Below are positions 53,601 through 64,000 of a stretch of DNA of 64,000 nt, one piece after another. Numbering within the stretch: position 1 is the stretch's first letter; each line of letters starts with the position of its first letter. Under the pieces are notes generated by a model that made no database searches, had not been told where the DNA came from, and saw only the letters and a program-made list of their open reading frames with translations. The stretch is from Paragordius varius (taxonomy: Eukaryota; Animalia; Nematomorpha). The position numbers and the translations under genes were made by a program. The stretch lies in assembly GCA_964247055.1 (NCBI GenBank), contig OZ176052.1:13082001-13146000 (forward strand), in the 5' to 3' direction.

Positions 53601-56600
53601 TTGGCAAACTCTTTGATATCCGATTTTTACAACGATACTTTAAAAATTAATGTATTAAACTAGTCGCATCAATACTCAAGTTAAACTTTCTCCTTAAAAA
53701 TCGGATATTGGTCACCGGTGAACAAAATTATTTTTTATATATTCTCTTAGCAAGACTACATCAAAATATAGAGATAGTTTGACAAACTCTTTCATATCCG
53801 ATTTTTACAACGATACTTTAAAAATTAATGTATAAAACTAGTCGTATCAATAAATCGCATCAATACTCAAGTTAAATTTTGTCCTTAAAAATCGGATATT
53901 GGTCACCGGTGAACAAAATTATTTTTTATACATTCTCTTAGCAAGACTACATCAAAATATAGAGATAGTTTGACAAACTCTTTCATATCCGATTTTTACA
54001 ACGATACTTTAAAAATTAATGTATTAAACTAGTCGCATCAATACTCAAGTTAAACTTTGTCCTTAAAAATCGGATATTGGTCACCGGTGAACAAAATTAT
54101 TTTTTATACATTCTCTTAGCAAGACTACATCAAAATATAGAGATAGTTTGACAAACTCTTTCATATCCGATTTTTACAACGATACTTTATAAATTAATGT
54201 ATAAAACTAGTCGTATCAATAAGTCGCATCAATACTCAAGTTAAACTTTGTCCTTAAAAAACGAATATTGGTTACGTGAACAAAATAATTTTTTATACAT
54301 TCTCTTAGTAAGACTACATCAAAATACAGAAATAATTTGACAAACTCTTTCATATCCGATTTTTACAACGATACTTTAAAAATTAATGTGTTAAACTAGT
54401 CGCATCAATACTCAAGTTAAACTTTGTCCTTAAAAATCGAATATTGGTCACCGGTGAACAAAATTATTTTTTATACATTCTCTTAGTAAGACTACATCAA
54501 AATATAGAGATAGTTTGGCAAACTCTTTGATATCCGATTTTTACAACGATACTTTAAAAATTAATGTATTAAACTAGTCGCATCAATACTCAAGTTAAAC
54601 TTTGTCCTTAAAAATCGGATATTGGTCACCGGTGAACAAAAATATTTTTTATACATTCTCTTAGCAAGACTACATCAAAATATAGAGATAGTTTGGCAAA
54701 CTCTTTAATCCGATTTTTACAACGATACTTTAAAAATTAATGTATAAAACTAGTCGTATCAATAAATCGCATCAATACTAGAGTTAAACTTTGTCCTTAA
54801 AAATCGGATATTGGTCACCGGTGAACAAAATTATTTTTTATACATTCTCTTAGTAGGACTACATCAAAATATAGAGATAGTTTGGCAAACTCTTTCATAT
54901 CCGATTTTTACAACGATACATTAAAAATTAATGTATAAAACTAGTCGCATCAAAACTCAAGTTTAACTTTGTCCTTAAAAATCGAATATATTGTCACCGG
55001 TGAACAAAATAATTTTTTATACATTCTCTTAGTAGGACTACATCAAAATATAAAGATAGTTTGGCAACCTCTTTCATATCCGATTTTTACAACGATACTT
55101 TAAAAATTAATGTATAAAACTAGCCGCATCAATACTCAAGTTAAACTTTGTCCTTAAAAATCGAATATTGGTCACCGGTGAACAAAATAATTTTTTATAC
55201 ATTCTCTTAGTAAGAGTACATCAAAATATAGAAATAGTTTGACAAACTCTTTATATCCGATTTTTACAACGATACTTTAAAAATTAATGTATTAAACTAG
55301 TCGCATCAATACTCAAGTTAAACTTTGTCCTTAAAAATCGGATATTGGTCACCGGTGAACAAAATTATTTTTTATACATTCTCTTAGCAAGACTACATCA
55401 AAATATAGAAATCGTTTGACAAACTCTTTCATATCCGATTTTTACAACGATACTTTAAAAATTAATGTATAAAAGTAGTCGCATCAATACTCAAGTCAAA
55501 TTATGTCCTTAAAAATGGGATATTCATCACCGGTGAACAAAATTATTTTTTATACATTCTCTTAGCAAGACTACATCAAAATATAGAGATAGTTTGACAA
55601 ACTCTTTCATATCCGTTTTTACAACGATACTTTAAAAATTAATGTATAAAACTAGTCGCATCAAAACTCAAGTTTAACTTTGTCCTTAAAAATCGAATAT
55701 ATTGTCACCGGTGAACAAAATTATTTTTTATAAATTCTCTTAGTAAGACTACATCAAAATATAGAAATAGTTTGACAAACTCTTTATATCCGATTTTTAC
55801 AACGATACTTTAAAAATTAATGTATTAAAGTAGTCGCATCAATACTCAAGTTAAACTTTGTCCTTAAAAATCGGATATTGGTCACCGGTGAACAAAATTA
55901 TTTTTTATACATTCTCTTAGCAAGACTACATCAAAATATAGAGATAGTTTGGCAAACTCTTTCATATCCGATTTTTACAACGATACTTTAAAAATTAATG
56001 TATAAAACTAGTCGCATCAATACTCAAGTTAAACTTTGTCCTTAAAAATCGGATATTGGTCACGGTTACAAAATTATTTTTTATACATTCTCTTAGTAAG
56101 ACTACATCAAAATATAGAAATCGTTTGACAAACTCTTTCATATCCGATTTTTACAACGATACTTTAAAAATTAATGTATTAAACTAGTCGCATCAATACT
56201 CAAGTTAAACTTTGTCCTTAAAAATCGAATATTGGTCACCGGTGAACAAAATTATTTTTTATACATTCTCTTAGTAAGACTACATCAAAATATAGAGATA
56301 GTTTGGCAAACTCTTTGATATCCGATTTTTACAACGATACTTTAAAAATTAATGTATTAAACTAGTCGCATCAATACTCAAGTTAAACTTTGTCCTTAAA
56401 AATCGAATATTGGTCACCGGTGAACAAAATTATTTTTTATACATTCTCTTAGTAAGACTACATCAAAATATAGAGATAGTTTGGCAAACTCTTTGATATC
56501 CGATTTTTACAACGATACTTTAAAAATTAATGTATTAAACTAGTCGCATCAATACTCAAGTTAAACTTTGTCCTTAAAAATCGGATATTAGTCACCGGTG

Positions 56601-59600
56601 AACAAAAATATTTTTTATACATTCTCTTAGCAAGACTACATCAAAATATAGAGATAGTTTGGCAAACTCTTTCATCCGATTTTTACAACGATACTTTAAA
56701 AATTAATGTATAAAACTAGTCGTATCAATAAATCGCATCAATACTAGAGTTAAACTTTGTCCTTAAAAATCGGATATTGGTCACCGGTGAACAAAATTAT
56801 TTTTTATACATTCTCTTAGTAGGACTACATCAAAATATAGAGATAGTTTGGCAAACTCTTTCATATCCGATTTTTACAACGATACATTAAAAATTAATGT
56901 ATAAAACTAGTCGCATCAAAACTCAAGTTTAACTTTGTCCTTAAAAATCGAATATATTGTCACCGGTGAACAAAATAATTTTTTATACATTCTCTTAGTA
57001 GGACTACATCAAAATATAGAGATAGTTTGGCAACCTCTTTCATATCCGATTTTTACAACGATACTTTAAAAATTAATGTATAAAACTAGCCGCATCAATA
57101 CTCAAGTTAAACTTTGTCCTTAAAAATCGAATATTGGTCACCGGTGAACAAAATAATTTTTTATACATTCTCTTAGTAAGAGTACATCAAAATATAGAAA
57201 TAGTTTGACAAACTCTTTATATCCGATTTTTACAACGATACTTTAAAAATTAATGTATTAAACTAGTCGCATCAATACTCAAGTTAAACTTTGTCCTTAA
57301 AAATCGGATATTGGTCACCGGTGAACAAAATTATTTTTTATACATTCTCTTAGCAAGACTACATCAAAATATAGAAATCGTTTGACAAACTCTTTCATAT
57401 CCGATTTTTACAACGCTTTAAAAATTAATGTATAAAAGTAGTCGCATCAATACTCAAGTCAAATTATGTCCTTAAAAATGGGATATTCATCACCGGTGAA
57501 CAAAATTATTTTTTATACATTATCTTAGCAAGACTACATCAAAATATAGAGATAGTTTGACAAACTCTTTCATATCCGTTTTTACAACGATACTTTAAAA
57601 ATTAATGTATAAAACTAGTCGCATCAAAACTCAAGTTTAACTTTGTCCTTAAAAATCGAATATATTGTCACCGGTGAACAAAATTATTTTTTATAAATTC
57701 TCTTAGTAAGACTACATCAAAATATAGAAATAGTTTGACAAACTCTTTATATCCGATTTTTACAACGATACTTTAAAAATTAATGTATTAAAGTAGTCGC
57801 ATCAATACTCAAGTTAAACTTTGTCCTTAAAAATCGGATATTGGTCACCGGTGAACAAAATTATTTTTTATACATTCTCTTAGCAAGACTACATCAAAAT
57901 ATAGAGATAGTTTGGCAAACTCTTTCATATCCGATTTTTACAACGATACTTTAAAAATTAATGTATAAAACTAGTCGCATCAATACTCAAGTTAAACTTT
58001 GTCCTTAAAAATCGGATATTGGTCACGGTTACAAAATTATTTTTTATACATTCTCTTAGTAAGACTACATCAAAATATAGAAATCGTTTGACAAACTCTT
58101 TCATATCCGATTTTTACAACGATACTTTAAAAATTAATGTATTAAACTAGTCGCATCAATACTCAAGTTAAACTTTGTCCTTAAAAATCGGATATTGATC
58201 ACCATTGAACAAAATTATTTTTTTTACATTCTCTTAGCAAGACTAAATCAAAATATAGAGATAGTTTGACAAACTCTTTCATATCCGTTTTTACAACGAT
58301 ACTTTAAAAATTAATGTATAAAACTAGTCGCATCAATACTTAAGTTAAATTTTGTCCTTAAAAATGGGATATTGGTCACCGGTGAACAAAACTATTTTTT
58401 ATACATTCTCTTAGTAAGACTGTATCAAAATATAGAGATAGTTTGACAAACTCTTTCATATCCGATTTTTACAACGATACTTTAAAAATTAATGTATAAA
58501 ACTAGTCGCATCAAAACTCAAGTTTAACTTTGTCCTTAAAAATCGAATATTGGTCACCGGTGAACAAAATAATTTTTTATACATTCTCTTAGTAGGACTA
58601 CATCAAAATATAGAGATAGTGTGGCAAACTCTTTCATATCCGATTTTTACAACGTACTTTAAAAATTAATGTATAAAACTAGTCGCATCAATACTCAAGT
58701 TAAACTTTGTCCTTAAAAATCGGATATTGGTCACGGTGAACAAAATTATTTTTTATACATTCTCTTAGTAAGACTACATCAAAATATAGAAATCGTTTGA
58801 CAAACTCTTTCATATCCGATTTTTACAACGATACTTTAAAAATTAATGTATTAAACTAGTCGCATCAATACTCAAGTTAAACTTTGTCCTTAAAAATCGG
58901 ATATTGATCACCATTGAACAAAATTATTTTTTTTACATTCTCTTAGCAAGACTAAATCAAAATATAGAAATCGTTTGACAAACTCTTTCATATCCGATTT
59001 TTACAACGATACTTTAAAAATTAATGTATAAAAGTAGTCGCATCAATACTCAAGTCAAATTATGTCCTTAAAAATGGGATATTGATCACCGGTGAACAAA
59101 ATTATTTTTTATACATTCTCTTAGCAAGACTACATCAAAATATAGAGATAGTTTGACAAACTCTTTCATATCCGTTTTTACAACGATACTTTAAAAATTA
59201 ATGTATAAAACTAGTCGCATCAAAACTCAAGTTAAACTTTGTCCTTAAAAATCGAATATATTGTCACCGGTGAACAAAATTATTTTTTATAAATTCTCTT
59301 AGTAAGACTACATCAAAATATAGAAATAGTTTGACAAACTCTTTCATATCCGATTTTTACAACGATACTTTAAAAATTAATGTATAAAACTAGTCGCATC
59401 AAAACTCAAGTTTAACTTTGTCCTTAAAAATCGAATATTGGTCACCGGTGAACAAAATAATTTTTTATACATTCTCTTAGTAGGACTACATCAAAATATA
59501 GAGATAGTGTGGCAAACTCTTTCATATCCGATTTTTACAACGTACTTTAAAAATTAATGTATAAAACTAGTCGCATCAATACTCAAGTTAAACTTTGTCC

Positions 59601-62600
59601 TTAAAAATCGGATATTGGTCACGGTGAACAAAATTATTTTTTATACATTCTCTTAGTAAGACTACATCAAAATATAGAAATCGTTTGACAAACTCTTTCA
59701 TATCCGATTTTTACAACGATACTTTAAAAATTAATGTATAAAAGTAGTCGCATCAATACTCAAGTCAAATTATGTCCTTAAAAATGGGATATTGATCACC
59801 GGTGAACAAAATTATTTTTTATACATTCTCTTAGCAAGACTACATCAAAATATAGAGATAGTTTGACAAACTCTTTCATATCCGTTTTTACAACGATACT
59901 TTAAAAATTAATGTATAAAACTAGCCGCATCAATACTCAAGTTAAACTTTGTCCTTAAAAATCGAATATTGGTCACCGGTGAACAAAATAATTTTTTATA
60001 CATTCTCTTAGTAGGACTACATCAAAATATAGAGATAGTTTGGCAAACTCTTTCATATCCGATTTTTACAACGATACTTTAAAAATTAATGTATAAAACT
60101 AGTCGCATTAATACTCAAGTTAAACTTTGTCCTTAAAAATCGGATATTGGTCACGGTGAACAAAATTATTTTTTATACATTCTCTTAGTAAGACTACATC
60201 AAAATATAGAAATAGTTTGACAAACTCTTTCATATCCGATTTTTACAACGATACTTTAAAAATTAATGTATTAAACTAGTCGCATCAATACTCAAGTTAA
60301 ACTTTGTCCTTAAAAATCGAATATTGGTCACCGGTGAACAAAATTATTTTTTATACATTCTCTTAGTAAGACTACATAAAATATAGAGATAGTTTGACAA
60401 ACTCTTTCATATCCGATTTTTACAACGATACTTTAAAAATTAATGTATTAAACTAGTCGCATCAATACTCAAGTTAAACTTTGTCCTTAAAAATCGAATA
60501 TTGGTCACCGGTGAACAAAATAATTTTTTATACATTCTCTTAGTAAGACTACATCAAAATATGGAGATAGTTTGACAAACTCTTTCATATCCGATTTTTA
60601 CAACGATACTTTAAAAAATAATGTATTAAACTAGTCGCATCAATACTCAAGTTAAACTTTGTCCTTAAAAATCGGATATTGGTCACCGGTGAACAAAATT
60701 ATTTTTTATACATTCTCTTAGCAAGACTACATCAAAATATGGAGATAGTTTGACAAACTCTTTCATATCCGATTTTTACAACGATACTTTAAAAAATAAT
60801 GTATTAAACTAGTCGCATCAATACTCAAGTTAAACTTTGTCCTTAAAAATCGGATATTGGTCACCGGTGAACAAAATTATTTTTTATACATTCTCTTAGC
60901 AAGACTACATCAAAATATAGAGATATTTTGACAAACTCTTTCATATCCGATTTTTACAACGATACTTTAAAAATTAATGTATAACAGTAGTCGCATCAAT
61001 ACTCAAGTCAAATTATGTCCTTAAAAATGGTATATTGATCACCGGTGAACAAAACTATTTTTTATACATTCTCTTAGTAAGACTACATCAAAATAACGAA
61101 ATAGTTTGACAAACTCTTTCATATCCGATTTTTACAACGATACTTTAAAAATTAATGTATTAAAATAGTCGCATCAATACTCAAGTTAAACTTTGTCCTT
61201 AAAAATCGGATATTGGTCACCGGTGAACAAAATTATTTTTTATACATTCTCTTAGCAAGACTACATCAAAATATGGAGATAGTTTGACAAACTCTTTCAT
61301 ATCCGATTTTTACAACGATACTTTAAAAAATAATGTATTAAACTAGTCGCATCAATACTCAAGTTAAACTTTGTCCTTAAAAATCGGATATTGATCACCG
61401 GTGAACAAAATTATTTTTTATACATTCTCTTAGCAAGACTACATCAAAATATAGAGATAGTTTGACAAACTCTTTCATATCCGTTTTTACAACGATACTT
61501 TAAAAATTAATGTATAAAACTAGTCGCATCAAAACTCAAGTTTAACTTTGTCCTTAAAAATCGAATATATTGTCACCGGTGAACAAAATTATTTTTTATA
61601 AATTCTCTTAGTAAGACTACATAAAGTATAGAAATAGTTTGACAAACTCTTTATATCCGATTTTTACAACGATACTTTAAAAATTAATGTATTAAACTAG
61701 TCGCATCAATACTCAAGTTAAACTTTGTCCTTAAAAATCGGATATTGGTCACCGGTGAACAAAATTATTTTTTATACATTCTCTTAGCAAGACTACATCA
61801 AAATATAGAGATAGTTTGACAAACTCTTTCATATCCGTTTTTACAACGATACTTTAAAAATTAATGTATAAAACTAGCCGCATCAATACTCAAGTTAAAC
61901 TTTGTCCTTAAAAATCGAATATTGGTCACCGGTGAACAAAATAATTTTTTATACATTCTCTTAGTAGGACTACATCAAAATATAGAGATAGTTTGGCAAA
62001 CTCTTTCATATCCGATTTTTACAACGATACTTTAAAAATTAATGTATAAAACTAGTCGCATCAATACTCAAGTTAAACTTTGTCCTTAAAAATCGGATAT
62101 TGGTCACGGTGAACAAAATTATTTTTTATACATTCTCTTAGTAAGACTACATCAAAATATAGAAATCGTTTGACAAACTCTTTCATATCCGATTTTTACA
62201 ACGATACTTTAAAAATTAATGTATTAAACTAGTCGCATCAATACTCAAGTTAAACTTTGTCCTTAAAAATCGGATATTGATCACCATTGAACAAAATTAT
62301 TTTTTTTACATTCTCTTAGCAAGACTAAATCAAAATATAGAGATAGTTTGACAAACTCTTTCATATCCGTTTTTACAACGATACTTTAAAAATTAATGTA
62401 TAAAACTAGTCGCATCAATACTTAAGTTAAACTTTGTCCTTAAAAATCGGATATTGATCACCATTGAACAAAATTATTTTTTTTACATTCTCTTAGCAAG
62501 ACTACATCAAAATATGGAGATAGTTTGACAAACTCTTTCATATCCGATTTTTACAACGATACTTTAAAAAATAATGTATTAAACTAGTCGCATCAATACT

Positions 62601-64000
62601 CAAGTTAAACTTTGTCCTTAAAAATCGGATATTGGTCACCGGTGAACAAAATTATTTTTTATACATTCTCTTAGCAAGACTACATCAAAATATGGAGATA
62701 GTTTGACAAACTCTTTCATATCCGATTTTTACAACGATACTTTAAAAAATAATGTATTAAACTAGTCGCATCAATACTCAAGTTAAACTTTGTCCTTAAA
62801 AATCGGATATTGGTCACCGGTGAACAAAATTATTTTTTATACATTCTCTTAGCAAGACTACATCAAAATATAGAGATATTTTGACAAACTCTTTCATATC
62901 CGATTTTTACAACGATACTTTAAAAATTAATGTATTAAACTAGTCGCATCAATACTCAAGTCAAATTATGTCCTTAAAAATGGTATATTGATCACCGGTG
63001 AACAAAACTATTTTTTATACATTCTCTTAGTAAGACTACATCAAAATAACGAAATAGTTTGACAAACTCTTTCATATCCGATTTTTACAACGATACTTTA
63101 AAAATTAATGTATTAAAATAGTCGCATCAATACTCAAGTTAAACTTTGTCCTTAAAAATCGGATATTGGTCACCGGTGAACAAAATTATTTTTTATACAT
63201 TCTCTTAGCAAGACTACATCAAAATATGGAGATAGTTTGACAAACTCTTTCATATCCGATTTTTACAACGATACTTTAAAAAATAATGTATTAAACTAGT
63301 CGCATCAATACTCAAGTTAAACTTTGTCCTTAAAAATCGGATATTGATCACCGGTGAACAAAATTATTTTTTATACATTCTCTTAGCAAGACTACATCAA
63401 AATATAGAGATAGTTTGACAAACTCTTTCATATCCGTTTTTACAACGATACTTTAAAAATTAATGTATAAAACTAGTCGCATCAAAACTCAAGTTTAACT
63501 TTGTCCTTAAAAATCGAATATATTGTCACCGGTGAACAAAATTATTTTTTATAAATTCTCTTAGTAAGACTACATAAAGTATAGAAATAGTTTGACAAAC
63601 TCTTTATATCCGATTTTTACAACGATACTTTAAAAATTAATGTATTAAACTAGTCGCATCAATACTCAAGTTAAACTTTGTCCTTAAAAATCGGATATTG
63701 GTCACCGGTGAACAAAATTATTTTTTATACATTCTCTTAGCAAGACTACATCAAAATATAGAGATAGTTTGACAAACTCTTTCATATCCGTTTTTACAAC
63801 GATACTTTAAAAATTAATGTATAAAACTAGCCGCATCAATACTCAAGTTAAACTTTGTCCTTAAAAATCGAATATTGGTCACCGGTGAACAAAATAATTT
63901 TTTATACATTCTCTTAGTAGGACTACATCAAAATATAGAGATAGTTTGGCAAACTCTTTCATATCCGATTTTTACAACGATACTTTAAAAATTAATGTAT
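44700..64000. repeat. HOR domain 5: more diverged monomers with patchy, mostly two-copy duplications of about 1.8-2.0 kb
   Basis: gcaacc at 55064 and 57030 (1966 bp). atggagat at 60561/62514, 60739/62692, 61273/63226 (1953 bp). tggttacgtg at 48103, 50811, 51356, 52461, 54269. Many private SNPs. Confidence 0.8.

Larger units (their letters stand above)
22464..64000. repeat. Satellite DNA array, right part (same family and orientation, about 230 monomers, runs off the window end)
   Basis: Resumes with tatcaataaatcgcatcaatactc at 22464 in register with the monomer broken at 17328. No non-satellite sequence was seen through 64000. Confidence 0.99.

Noticed and set aside
1-64000. CRISPR array
   Set aside because: The repeats are contiguous 175-191 bp monomers with no unique spacers, there are no cas genes, and the context is eukaryotic.
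1-64000. Host genes, tRNA, rRNA, telomeric repeats, species assignment
   Set aside because: No supporting sequence was seen, and the taxon cannot be determined from this window.

Overview
Eukaryotic, very AT-rich window. About 59 of the 64 kb is one head-to-tail satellite array (178-bp monomer with 175, 176 and 191 bp variants; roughly 330 monomers) arranged in several higher-order-repeat (HOR) domains. The array is interrupted once (17329-22463) by an apparently full-length RTE-clade non-LTR retrotransposon encoding a single APE-endonuclease + reverse-transcriptase ORF. That LINE is itself split by a 1787-bp non-autonomous hAT (Buster/Charlie-type) DNA transposon (19497-21283) with 12-bp TIRs and a perfect 8-bp TSD (GTATAGAG). 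Removing the hAT and one TSD rejoins the two long ORFs into one stop-free ORF (961 aa from ATG 17736). The nesting order is therefore satellite > LINE > hAT. Most notable observations: (1) the LINE is intact and potentially revertible by excision or by in-frame splicing using the TSD's own GT and AG; (2) the LINE has no TSD, and about two satellite monomers were probably lost at the insertion site; (3) there is a GNRA hairpin just before the LINE tail; (4) the monomer is rich in dyad symmetries; (5) satellite variants are layered symmetrically around a younger core; (6) duplication lengths recur near 2 kb. No host genes, RNA genes or prokaryotic features were seen. All family assignments come from motif recognition by eye; no database search was run.
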